64,000 bases of DNA from Amoebidium appalachense (Eukaryota > Protista > Ichthyosporea), in assembly GCA_963693365.1 (NCBI GenBank), contig CAVNZM010000004.1, positions 1,136,448-1,200,447 of the forward strand, read 5' to 3'. The translations under genes were made by a program, and so were the position numbers. This document shows positions 20,616 to 32,499 of the stretch, piece after piece (the stretch's first letter is position 1; each line of letters begins with the position of its first letter). The notes beneath the pieces were generated by a model. The model made no database searches and was not told the origin of the DNA. It was given only the letters and a program-made list of their open reading frames with translations.

Positions 20616-21788
20616 CTATTTATCACTTTGCTTGCCCTTGTTCTTCTTGGCAGCTCGGGTGGGGCAATCTTTAAAACGATGCCCCGGCTGCTTGCATGCC
20701 CAACAATTGGGCCCCCTCTTATCTTTCTTATTCTCCTTAGCCCATTTGCCCCCCCCATTAGATTTACCCTTACCACCAACATTACCCCCACTACCTCCGT
20801 GGCCACCCCCGTGACCACCACCACCACCACCATGCCCCCCACTACCACCACCCATCTCATCTACAGCACCCACATTACGGTTACATTTTAAATTGTGAGC
20901 ACCCACATCAGCCTCATACCGTCGGATGACACGGGCCATGGCTTGCTTGAGGGTGGTTGCAGCCCGGGCCTCCGAACAAAGGTCCGGGTAGTCGTTGAGG
21001 GTACGTTGGTAATGATGAAGCAACACATCGGGCATGTTCTTGAGACCCGTGTTGGAGACGATGCAATTAAATTTCTTGTGGAATGTCTTTATCGAGGCCC
21101 GAGTGTGCATAAAACGAAGCTTGTTCAGCTCGTCTAAATGCTCCTCCTTACGTTCCTTGTCTAAATACTTCTCAAGGAACTTAGCCCAAAAATCGTCGAT
21201 GCCGGTGCACGTGGAAAGGTCGACGTTGTTGGCAGCATCTCGGGGGTCCCCGGGGCCCATGCACATACGAATAAACATCAACATGCGATTCAAGCCCACC
21301 AACTCCATAATACAAAAGAATATTAAATGATGTTGGAGTTGTTTGTAGAATTCGTCGATATCGGCATCTGCCTCGAGCATAGGACGGGACTGAATTGCTG
21401 CTGAGGGGATGTGTTGAATCTTTTCCTTCCCCTCCCGGTCGTCACCGTTGCCGTCGTTACCGTCACCGTCATCACCACCGTCACCGCCGTCGCCACCACC
21501 ACCACCACCACCACCACCGGCACCGCCAGCACCGTTAGCACCTCCGGCACCATTAGCACCACCGGCACCACCGTCAGCACCACCGTCCGGGGGAGGTGGG
21601 GGGCCACCGCCACCTGCATTACCATCCCCATTTTCGTTGGCAGCAGGAGGGGGGTTGTTATGCCCCCCCCGGCCACCACCACGTCCACCCCTACCACCTC
21701 GGCCAGAGTTCTTACGGGGGGTCCCGTCCGGCACGAACCCACGAGGGGAGCATGCTTGGATGAAATTTTCGAGGGCCCCGGTTACCAT
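20616..21788 (-). CDS. gag: Gypsy Gag (390 aa)
   Basis: Gly-rich N-terminus, helical core (FWAKFLEKY...), C-terminal CCHC knuckle CWACKQPGHRFKDC; lies directly upstream of the protease. Confidence 0.88.
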   Translation of the reverse strand: MVTGALENFIQACSPRGFVPDGTPRKNSGRGGRGGRGGGRGGHNNPPPAANENGDGNAGGGGPPPPPDGGADGGAGGANGAGGANGAGGAGGGGGGGGGDGGDGGDDGDGNDGNGDDREGKEKIQHIPSAAIQSRPMLEADADIDEFYKQLQHHLIFFCIMELVGLNRMLMFIRMCMGPGDPRDAANNVDLSTCTGIDDFWAKFLEKYLDKERKEEHLDELNKLRFMHTRASIKTFHKKFNCIVSNTGLKNMPDVLLHHYQRTLNDYPDLCSEARAATTLKQAMARVIRRYEADVGAHNLKCNRNVGAVDEMGGGSGGHGGGGGGHGGGHGGSGGNVGGKGKSNGGGKWAKENKKDKRGPNCWACKQPGHRFKDCPTRAAKKNKGKQSDK

Positions 21789-23484
21789 AATAAGTAACCA
21801 CTAGGTCGAGCTCACCACGACTAAGAGTCACTAACTGATTGATAAATTCATGTGACTTAGTGATGTGGGAAGACTGCCCTGAAAGGCACGCGTAGTTTTG
21901 CCTGGAAGTGAATACATTCACGAGGGCGAGTAGTTGTTGGTGGAGCATGGTGAGTGCCGACGACGAACGGTACAGTGCCGTGCGCGCTGTACAGCTGGCA
22001 AACTTCGATGCCAACAATGCCAGCAGCATGAACAGAAGGAGACACCCAAGAACGCACCAGCACCAAGCTGCCAGGCTCACGCACATCACGCTAGATATCC
22101 GGTATAATATACCACAATAGTCACCAATAAATGCAACGAACTCAGTTGCAATTGGTCACGGCCGTGGTAGGTGTGCCGGCGGGTGTGGGCCTGGGTTGGG
22201 CAACAAACTTTCAGCAAGTGCCACCCAGCACTCAGTGGCAGATAATAATCGTTGGTTTGGGAAATACAGATTTTCTAAACTTAGTAGTGCCATATTGGGA
22301 GATCGAAGTGATCACCCAATAGGCACAGTAGCAGCTTTTTAGGGCCTGTTTGGTAGCGCGCTAAATACGGTTTTTTATCGTATTCGTATTTAGGGCCTAA
22401 ATTTTCGTAAATACGATATAGGAAATTAGCCAATCAGAGCAATTCGCATCATTTATTGGCTATCAGCTAGCCAATGGTACAGCGTAAGCCGCGGCGGGCA
22501 CATTTTTACTACAGTACGCATGCCAGCGCATGCACGTGAACAATTCAGAAGGTCGGTGTCATACACGTCATTTTGTGTACATGCTCAGTTAAAATTGGCA
22601 CATGAATTTGTGCTGCACAGGTAAGACAGACGACGAGGAACCCTACACGGTGCATGATAACAAGCTCAGACTGTATATATATGCCATAATAATCTTTGAA
22701 ACAATACTGGACTCCGATATATGCATTAACAAAAACAATCAAATGTACATGGACAAACTCGGTGACATGCAGGCACAACGAGTACTGCATAGACAAGGAC
22801 AAATTTTAACACTCATTGTGTGTTCAGATATGTGGGGAATGCCAGGGACGAGCGTTGGTGACGTAAAACGAAGTCTCTAGCAAGGCTAGCCACCGCAATA
22901 ACTGGCAGTATCCCTTCAATAACAGACATTCTAACCTACAGAGCAAGGCTCACTGTCGGTGACTCGTTTTTGCCGTTCGCTGTAATACTGACTATGATAT
23001 ATTTGGTAAATACTCATTTTATCCACCAATCGGAAGAAGATGGTGTGATGATCGGCATCACACATCTCTTCCTGTAGAAGCGACTATAAAAGTCGCGTTT
23101 TTCGCTTCTCTCAAACAGTCTTTTCCAACTTTTCCTCGCCGCTTCTCTTAGGAGAAGCGCGCGTTAGTGAGGCCGGTCTAGTGACCAAGACCAAAGCTTT
23201 GAGCGCAGTGAGCGCTATAGTCAGTCGTGTAGGTCCCTAGACTTTAGCTATAATAATAGGCCCAGGAACCGCAGATCATTGAGACCGGATGCGCTCATGA
23301 GTTTTTGCGAAACCCAAGTGGGGTTGTGTTTTGGGGTTGTTTGTGTAGCTATAAGCACCTAGGCACGTCTGGCAACGTTAGCCCGTGTGGGCTGCTCGCG
23401 TGAGCATGTACAGCAGCAACGTGTGCTGCTCTCTAGTCCTTGTGTGGGCCCCGGCAGCAGTGGTCTGTGCGGGGGCGGCCGGTT

Positions 23485-26400
23485 ATGTGTGCTCCCAGTA
23501 AGCCAGTGGGCGGTGACATATACTAATCCGTCTCAGCAGATTAGCCTAAGTCTACGATCGAGATCGGGGGGGGGGGGGGGGGGGGGGGGGTGGCCCGGGT
23601 CACAGATCATCAAGATCAAGTCCGGGGCCTCAAGATAGCTGTGCAGCTGCGTGCATCATCTTGCCTCTGCCGGCGCAGGGCATTGGACCACGTCAGCCGG
23701 GACAGCCGTCCAATAGAATTCTAATTAGTGTGTAGGATAGATCGTAGGAGGACTTAGGAATGTCATTGTTCGGGCAGAAGCCCTTTTGTAAGGATTGGCA
23801 AGGTTTGATAGTATATGTTGCCAAACGTATTTATATATGTAGATGTAGAGGAAAGGGGGGGAGGGAGGGGGGGGGGAGGATAGTATGAAATGTAGATTTA
23901 GACTCTGCGGTGCCACTAGGGGGAGGGGGAGGGGTGAGACTTGGATAAATATATTAGTTGAGTAGATCGACTTAGCTCGTGCAGGCGCACGATAAAAGTA
24001 GATCGGAATGTTAATGGAATGTGGCATCGTAGGGGGCCAGGTGATGATGATCTTGTAGGGCACGGCCTTGATGGCCTCAGTCGTAACTTAGACTCAATCC
24101 GTACGGATCTAAGTTTGCCCGTCGGAGCCTGGTCTTAATAAACTTTACCGTTTTTCTGTACACGTTCGTTCCTTTTCGTGTGTGTACACTTAGTAGAGTG
24201 CCGCGTCTCTAGTACACATATATTAGGATACGACAAGCTACACCTTTCTTTTAGTGCGGTTTTTCGCGCTAGGGTAACGCGGTGACAGTTCCTTCTGGGC
24301 TGTTGCTACACCTCAAAAACACAAACATAAACACAACCTCTCCACTAGGGCACACACAACACCATGGCTAAGTTTCACGTAGATATGTTCTACGCGTTGG
24401 CAGCGGAGGATAGCTCCCTGCACACACAGATACCACAGGTTCACACACTAGCTATAGACGCCAGAAACACAACAGCTTTTAGTTTACACTCAAACACCAG
24501 CGGTCGTGGGCGTGGTGGCGGACAGCAGCAGCAGTTCGACGAGGGGCATCGTCGTGGGTCCTCAAGACAGCGTCGAGGTGGTATGGCATGAATGTTTGTG
24601 GGGTGACTCTACCAAAGGTATGAATGGTGTGAATGTTTTGTGGTTGGGGGAGGTTCCCCAGCCACAAGTGGATGGTCTCAGTGTTTCTTGTCCCAACCCG
24701 GTGTTTGTTCTAACCACACCGGAGGGGGTTTCTGTGCCATTGTTTCCGGGAGGGGGGGGGACACACACGAGTAAAGGGGGAAGGGGGGGGAAGGCACAGA
24801 CACATAGAAACACACCACCACAACAACATACGACGGTTGCAGACACACCTACACCCACACACACCCCCACACATACACCAAACACACACACACCACCCAC
24901 CCACACACCACACACACACACTCCACCACCACCCACATCACATACACACCCCACCCCACCCGTGCAGGCACCACAGGTAGGTATGTTGCACGTAGGTATC
25001 GAGGGTGTGAGTCTTCGTGGGCCGGGATTGGGTGTGAGTGATGATGTGTTGCTTGAATTGGAGGAGGATTTAGTTGGTTTTAGCCGGCATTATATAGACG
25101 TATGGTTAGCTGATGGTAAGTTGAAGGCTGTTGCTTTGCTCGATGGAGGGGCTCAGGTTAATTGTGTGCATGCTTCGTTTATTCGTCGTTTTAATCAGGC
25201 CGGGGGGGAAATTCCTATTTTAGATGCTTCTAGCACAGCCTTAGGTAGTGCTAATAATAGTAGTATGTCTGTGGAAGGTGTTTGTGTGTTGCCGTGTGAG
25301 ATAGGTGGCCAGGCTATGCATATTGCTTGTTATGTGGTTAAGGATTTAGCTCAAAGTGTTTTGTTGGGAGCCCCATTTTTCCGTAGACATGTGAATGCTT
25401 TGTTTGAACGTACGAATGTTTTAGAATTGCAGTCCGGCGTTAAAATTAAAACCCATGATGGGCTCGACGGTTATCAGTCTGGTGCTAGAACGGTAGCTGA
25501 AGTAGTAATCGAGCCTTATCAGTGCCAAACGGTACGTGTCCGGGCCGGCAATCATGTTAGGATCGGGGATTTAGGGGTTTTTACTCCGAAAACCCCATTT
25601 CAGGAGGTGGCCCAATGGACCCTTAGTAGGGTATGGCCGGATAAGACAATAGAAATAGAATTAGTGAATCCGGGCATCGAGCCTATAGTGATTAGGTCAG
25701 GTGTTTCCGTCGGTAGTTTCACTAATGAGATTGGTAGTATAGAGGTCTCTCTTATTACCCAAAAGGAGGATGCCGGCTCGAAGGGTGACTCAGGAGGAGG
25801 GGGAACAACTTTATTTAACGTTAGCCACCAAAATGTCACCCGACACGATGGGGGGGGGGACCGGGACAGCACCGGTCCCACTCCCCCGACCCCCAAGAGG
25901 AAGGAGGGTCACCCCGGGTGTGAGAATGTGCAGGCAGGGGGGGAGGGTGTTGGTCTAACCCGTGGATCTGACGGGTTAACCAACACCGTGGGGGGCAGGG
26001 TGGCCACAGACCTGGCCCACCACATACATGCACTAACTCATCAGGAATTGCCCGGGGGCATTGGTGTGCCGGGGGGAGGGGGGGGTGCTAAGGGTGACCG
26101 CCTATATCCGGAGGTACCTCAACCTCACCCCGAGCAGCACCGATGTAATACAGGAGGTGAAATGTTAAGTGGCACTCCGGTGAATAAGGATGCATCCACT
26201 TGTGATGGGGGTAACCCGGAGTTAGTATTGCCGTTTGGTATGAAGGAGGGGGATTGGACGGTAGAACAGAAAAATTGCTAGCTAAGTTATTTGATAGGAC
26301 TCGGTTTGCATTTCTGGCCGATGATAACGAAGTAGGCTTCGTTAAAGGGTTTGAAATGCAGATCGACACAGGTGATAATAGGCCGGTAGTGATGCCTAGC

Positions 26401-29400
26401 TATAGAATGGAGCAGTATAAATTGTCGGATGCGCTAATAATAGTGAGTGATATGTTAAAAAAGGGTCATGTGGAGCATAGTTCGAGTCCGTGGAGAAGTC
26501 CGGTGCTATTGGTTAAGAAGCCCGACGGGTCTTGGCGTCTAGTGAACGATTACAGGGCTCTGAATCGGATCACTAAGGCAGACCAATGGCCTCTCCCTAA
26601 CATAGACGAGCAGCTTTCACAGCTGCACGGCTATACTCACTTTGCTAAACTTGATTTAAAAGCAGCTTTTTGGCAGATAAGGTTGGAGGAGAGCAGCAAG
26701 GAGAAGACTGCCTTTGCACTGGGTGACCAGCTGTTCCAGTACAAGGTGGTGCCGATGGGTTTGCTCTCCTCTCCAGCTATGTTGTGCCGGGTAATGTATA
26801 AAATTCTCCACCCTCATTTGGATGTATGCCACCCTTATTTGGATGATGTTTTAATTAAAGGTAGGTCATTTGAGGAGTTAGTTAATAATTGTGAAAAAGT
26901 ATTTTTCGCTTTGGGTGAGTCTGGTCTTCGTATTAGCGGTAGCAAGACTGTGATTGGTGTGCCGGAGGTTAAGTTTTTAGGTCATATTGTGTCTAGTAAT
27001 GGTCTTGCCCCTGATCCGGAGAAAATCCGGGCCATAGTTGAGTGGCCCCGTCCTCAGACTGTCACTCAACTAAGGCAATTTTTAGGTTTAACTAATTATC
27101 TTCGTCGGTATATTAAGGATTATAGTATGCTTGCTTTGCCGTTAACTAGTCAGACGGGGGGGGAGAAAAAGAATAGAATAGATTGGAATGTTGATGCTGT
27201 TTCTGCTTTCGAAAAGCTTAAGTTAGCTTTGCAGTCTTCGAGTATGCTTGTTCATCCTGATTTTTCGGCCGGGGGGGGGATGTTTAAAGTTCGGTGTGAT
27301 GCAAGTAAGGTTGCTGAGGGGGCCGTGTTATATCAAGTGCAGGAGGGGCAGGATAGGGTGATTGCTTATGCTAGTCGTTCATTTAGTAAAAGTGAACGTA
27401 GATATAGCAATCCGGAGAGAGAGTCCCATGCTATCTTTTGGGCAGTCTCACAGGCATGGAGGTATATACTCGCAGGCAGGACGTTTGAGGTCTACACCGA
27501 CCACAAGCCCTGCCTAGCCATGGCCGGCACCACTCGTCTGGTCAACGAGAGGATGCAGAAGTGGGCTGCGGCTCTCGGTGAGTTCTCCTATAAATTGTTT
27601 TATGCCAAGGGTGAAACAATGGTTGACTGTGATGCTCTCTCTCGTGCTGCTTATATTTTGTTTGAAGAAGAGAAGGAGGGGGAGGGGGGGATAGTGAGAG
27701 ACGGGGGGGGAGGGGGGAAGGGGGGGGGGAGAGTGAGCAGAAAGGAATAGATGCTGTGTCTGTTGATGTGTCTTCTTGGGTTCCGGGGTTGCTTGCTTAT
27801 AAGTGTAGGAGAGGGGGGGGGAGGTATTTGTCAGTGTCTGAGGTCGGGACCGAGTCTCATGGCTCGGCCCCTGCCTTAGCACCTACGGCTTTGATCTTAG
27901 CTCAGGAGGAAGATGTGTTGATTGGTCTGGTTAAGAATTATTTAAAGGGGCCGGTTGATTCGATTAAATTTAAAAATAAAAGGCAGATGATTAAGGTAGC
28001 TAAGTTAGCAAAAATGTGTCAGGTAGAGCAGGATTTAGTTTATCATTGTTCTGGGCCAGACGGACACCGAGTTTGGGTCCCGACGGCACTTGTGCCTGAG
28101 GTTTTGCATATGGTGCATGAGCATCCCATGGCTGGTCATTTAGGTGTAAATAGGACGTTGCTTCGTGTTAATCGTTCGTATTTTTGGCCGGGTATGAGTA
28201 GGGAGGTGAGGGATTATGTGTTGTCATGCATGCATTGTCAGGAAAGGAATGAGAGTCCCCACTCTCGTTCCCGCCCGTCGTTTATTAGGGATTTTAATGT
28301 TCGTATGTTTGAAAGGGTAGCAGTGGATGTGGTCGGTCCTTTTAATTCTACGGTTGAGGGTAACACTGTTCTTGTTACCGTCACCGATGTGGCCACTCGT
28401 TGGGTTGAAGTTTTTCCTCTCCCCACTGCTAATGCCATTTTGTTTGCTCGTATTTTTGTGGATGAAATTTGTCTTAGGTTTGGTTGTCCTCGTGTTTTGT
28501 TAACGGATAGGAGTCGTGTGTTTTTAAATCAGTTGGTGTCGGAGGTGTGTAAAATTTTAAGGGTAGCTCATATCACTACGTCTGCATATCACCCTCAAGC
28601 AAATGCCATCTCTGAACGTGTGCATGCAGTGTTTCAGAAGTCCTTTGGCAAAATGGTGGATGTGGAGGCTAATGATTGGGATCATATGTCTAGGTTTATT
28701 GCTCATTCATATAATTCTACCCCTCATGCTGTGACTGGTTTTTCTCCGTTTTATTTGGTCTATGGGCAGGAGGCTATTAGTTTGTTAGATACGGCACTTT
28801 TGCCGATGGGGGGGGCTGACCGACTAACCTATCCCCACTGGACTGAGTTCCGGGAGCAGCTACTAACCCGGGCCCGGGCTGCACGTGATGCAGCTCTGGC
28901 CCGTACACAGCAGGCACAGACACGTGCAGACTTGTCCACACGTCCGTTACGTGAATTTGCCGAGGGCACTTTAGTTTTAATTAGGGATCATACTAGGAAA
29001 AAGAGATATAAGCAGGAGCAGGAAGGTAAGGGTGAAGGTGAAGGTCTTCGTAAGTATGGTAAGAAATGGTTGCCTCTTTTTATCGGTCCGTATAAAATAG
29101 TGGTTAGGTTAGGTCCGGAATATAAGGTGCAGAGGTTAGATAATGAGAGTGATGTTAGATTTTATAATGTAGATGATATAAAGGAATATTATGATAGGGC
29201 CCTTAGGGTAAAACGGCCGGAGGGCCGTCGAGTGTTAGATGCATTCACCCCCGACTATGACGGGTCGGTGGATGTATCGGAGGCTGCAGTAGATAAAATT
29301 ATGGATAAAAAGGTTATTGAAGGTAAGGAAGGTAAGGTAAATTATTATTTAATTCGTTTTGAGGGAGGTTATCAGGAAGATCAGTGGTTGCCTGAGTTTC

Positions 29401-32400
29401 ATTTGGATTGCCCGTTTTCTATTCGTGCTTATGAGGCTCGATTAGTGCAGAGGGAGTTGCCTAGTGCTCCCTCTCGGCCAAAGAGAGTTATTCCTCAGTT
29501 TAATCGTGGTGTGAAAAAGTCGGTGGGGGAGGGGGCCGGGGGGGGAGTGATGCAAATACACGTAGACACACGGGGGGAGGGGGAGGGAGGGGAGGAGACC
29601 GAGGAGGAGTGTGAACGTAGTCGTAGGAATTTAATTTATTATCATAGGTGTCTCCGTAGGTATCAAGCTTATGGTGTAGATTAATTTATTATTTTTCTTC
29701 GTAATTTATTTAATTTAATTTTTTTTAGGAGACTGATTAGTCTATGTCTTTTTAGGGGGTGTCAGATGTAATGGGACTGAGGTGGGACTCAGCTTTTCCG
29801 GGGGCCGGGGGGGGAGTTGACATATACTAATCCGTCTCAGCAGATTAGCCTAAGTCTACGATCGAGATCGGGGGGGGGGGGGGGGGGGGGGGGGGGTGGC
29901 CCGGGTCACAGATCATCAAGATCAAGTCCGGGGCCTCAAGATAGCTGTGCAGCTGCGTGCATCATCTTGCCTCTGCCGGCGCAGGGCATTGGACCACGTC
30001 AGCCGGGACAGCCGTCCAATAGAATTCTAATTAGTGTGTAGGATAGATCGTAGGAGGACTTAGGAATGTCATTGTTCGGGCAGAAGCCCTTTTGTAAGGA
30101 TTGGCAAGGTTTGATAGTATATGTTGCCAAACGTATTTATATATGTAGATGTAGAGGAAAGGGGGGAAGGGAGGGGGGGGGGGAGGATAGTATGAAATGT
30201 AGATTTAGACTCTGCGGTGCCACTAGGGGGAGGGTGAGGGGTGAGACTTGGATAAATATATTAGTTGAGTAGATCGACTTAGCTCGTGCAGGCGCACGAT
30301 AAAAGTAGATCGGAATGTTAATGGAATGTGGCATCGTAGGGGGCCAGGTGATGATGATCTTGTAGGGCACGGCCTTGATGGCCTCAGTCGTAACTTAAAC
30401 TCAATCCATACGGATCTAAGTTTGCCCGTCGGAGCCTGGTCTTAATAAACTTTACCGTTTTTCTGTACACGTTCGTTCCTTTTCGTGTGTGTACACTTAG
30501 TAGAGTGCCGCGTCTCTAGTACACATATATTAGGATACGACAGGCGGGGTAGCACCTGCACCGCTCTATCAACGGGTGCGTGCGTGCCACGACGAGTGGA
30601 CGCGCGGTGGAGCAGCCAAGGACGTGCTCTTCTGGATTAAGTATGGCATCACACCCGAATGGTGCGCTGGGCCGCCACCTCCCCACGACATGGGGAGGTA
30701 CCTAAACTTGGGCGAAGTTTCGGAGGAGGAGGCGTTGGTGGAAGTTGCGCGTTTAGTGGGTAAGGGCGCACTTGAACCCATCGACGAGTCCAGAAAGCAT
30801 TGCGTGTCGACCACGTTTGGGGTGCGGAAACCAAACGGTAAAGTGCGGCTTATAATCGACATGCGCCCAGTGAATGAGTATGCCGTACAGCGGGGCCTCA
30901 AGTACGAGACGCTCAGTGACCTGCAGGTCATTGCTCAGCCAGGTGACCACGGCTTCAGTTTCGACCTGGAGGACGGCTACTTTGCGCTGGCAATTGCGCC
31001 ACGGTGGCGTAAATATTTTCAGATTCGGGTTGGCGGCCAGCTGTATCAGTACACTGTGCTGCCTTTCGGCTATTCCCTCAGCCCATACTACTTCACACGG
31101 CTCATGAAGGAGTTCGGTCGGCGTCTTCACCGGCGCGGTGTGCGCACGTTAGCGTTCTTGGACGACTGGTTGGTCGTCGAACGGCCGCTAAAGGCGCTGC
31201 AAACTCGCGGTGTTGTTGAGGGGGGAGCTCGCGGCAACGGGCCTGAGCCGAAATACGGAGAAGGGCCAGTGGGAGCCCACCGACCACCTCGACCATCTAG
31301 GCATCCATGTCGACCTTGCCGCGGGTGTGTTGGCCCCTACCGCCACCTCTATGGAGAAGCTGGTGGAGGAGACCAAGCGGGTGATGGCCAAGGCTCGCAA
31401 GGGCAAGCGATGGGTGGAAAAGAAGCAAGTCGCCCGGTGGTTGGGGGTGGTCATGAGTCTGCGGGCTGCCACTCCCCACGTGCTGACATTGGTGCGGCCA
31501 GTGTATGCCGCCCTACGCGGGGGAAATTGGCGCAGTTTCGTTCGGCTTTCGGGGCGTCAGTTACGGATTATCGGTCGGACGCCCCAGTTCATTGGCCGGT
31601 TGCCTCGGGCGGAGATATGGCCCAACCCGGTCACGGTTACGCTCATCACGGATGCCGCCACCACACACGGCTGGGGGGCCGTGCTTCAAGTGGCGGGATC
31701 CCCTGCCCCTGCGCTTGAGGCGGCGGGCAGGTGGGCAGCCGACGACGCTCCGCGGGCGGCGGCGATTGCGGAGTGTGAGGGCCTGTTGGAGGCCTATCAG
31801 AGCCCTGCCCTGCAGGAAGCCCTCCGTGGGCAGCGGGTGCAGTGGCGAGCCGATGCCCAGGCGGCCCTTGGGGCCGTGCGGAAAAAGGGCAGTGGCAGCC
31901 CCTCGATGCAGCGCATTCTGTGGCAGCTTCTGCAGTTGTGCCTCGACCACGGGTTGCCTTGGCCACAGGAGGTGGCCTACATCCCGGGTGAGCTCAACGA
32001 CCGAGCAGATTGGCTGTCGCGGGTGGACCCCCGGCATGAATGGCAAGTCACGCCGGAGGCAGTCGAGCGGGTGGAGTGGCTGCTGGGCATGCAGCCCGAA
32101 GTCGATCGGTTTGCCACCCACACCTCGGCAGTAAAGGCCGAGTTTAATGTGTGGGCCCAGGCAGGGGCCCCCGGTGGGCTGGCAGACGGGTTGGCGGTGC
32201 CGTGGACGGCACCAAGCTGGTGGGCGCCTCCGTTCCCGCTGATTAAGCGAACGGTGGCCAAGCTGCAGCGGGAAGGTTCAGCGGGCATCCTCGTCGTTCC
32301 AGTGTGGGATACGGCGTCGTGGTGGCCCGTCATTCAGGGGTTGGCTTCGGCAAGTGTGCCTCTGCGCCCCTCTGAGGTGTTTTTCCCGCGCGGGGTGCGG

Positions 32401-32499
32401 CCGTGGCGTATGCAAGCATTTCGTCTGGACGGCACCCCGGTTCCTGGGCAGGCTGAGGGGCCCCAGCCAGCCAGCGTAAGGCATAATAGTGTATGTTAG
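23485..32499 (+). CDS. pol: DIRS-type Pol: RT, RNase H and methyltransferase-like domain (~659 aa reconstructed from 23485-23513 + 30548-32499; one frameshift in the G-run at ~31220)
   Basis: Removing the gypsy element and one TSD restores MCAPSKPVGGVAPAPLYQRVRACHDEW...VLFWIKYG; RT RLIIDMRPVN, FDLEDGYF, LPFGYSLSP, FLDD; RH ITDAATTHGWGA, YIPGELNDRADWLSR; MT-like VDRFA...DGLAVPW...APPFPLI...ILVVPVW...WWP. Confidence 0.9.
23514..30542 (+). mobile_element. Ty3/gypsy LTR retrotransposon with chromodomain integrase, young, no recognisable gag
   Basis: LTRs 23514-24235 and 29818-30542 (TG..CA, ~4 substitutions plus G-run length differences); TSD GGCGG (23509-23513 / 30543-30547); G-rich PPT before 29818. 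Confidence 0.96.
24364..29684 (+). CDS. pol: Gypsy Pol (PR, spacer, RT, RH, INT, chromodomain) in four ORF pieces
   Basis: PR ALLDGGAQVN; RT WRLVNDYRALN, PMGL, YLDD; RH CDAS, YTDHKP; HHCC HEHPMAGH...CMHC; INT VDVVGP, YHPQANAISER; chromodomain VDKIMDKK...YYLIRFEG...QWLPE. Breaks near 26270 and 27720 fall in A/G runs; the link to the ATG at 24364 is inferred. Confidence 0.9.

Larger units (their letters stand above)
15461..22116 (-). mobile_element. Ty3/gypsy LTR retrotransposon with chromodomain integrase; 5' LTR reduced to its outer 26 bp
   Basis: 3' LTR 15461-16070 (imperfect terminal IR TGTTGTATAATAT / TGTGGTATATTAT) with PPT-like GGTGGGGCG; 22091-22116 equals 16045-16070; TSD ATAGT (15456-15460 / 22117-22121); empty site at ~56098-56107. 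Confidence 0.94.

Noticed and set aside
21712-22089. Hydrophobic ORF upstream of gypsy gag (env-like or accessory)
   Set aside because: It begins right at the deletion junction and has no recognisable motif; cannot be supported.
22602-22880. Harbinger transposase remnant
   Set aside because: Short ORF with no recognisable DDE or Myb/SANT motifs.
31505-32134. Overlapping ORF as the missing tyrosine recombinase
   Set aside because: No R...HxxR...H/W...Y pattern; looks like a GC-rich shadow frame.
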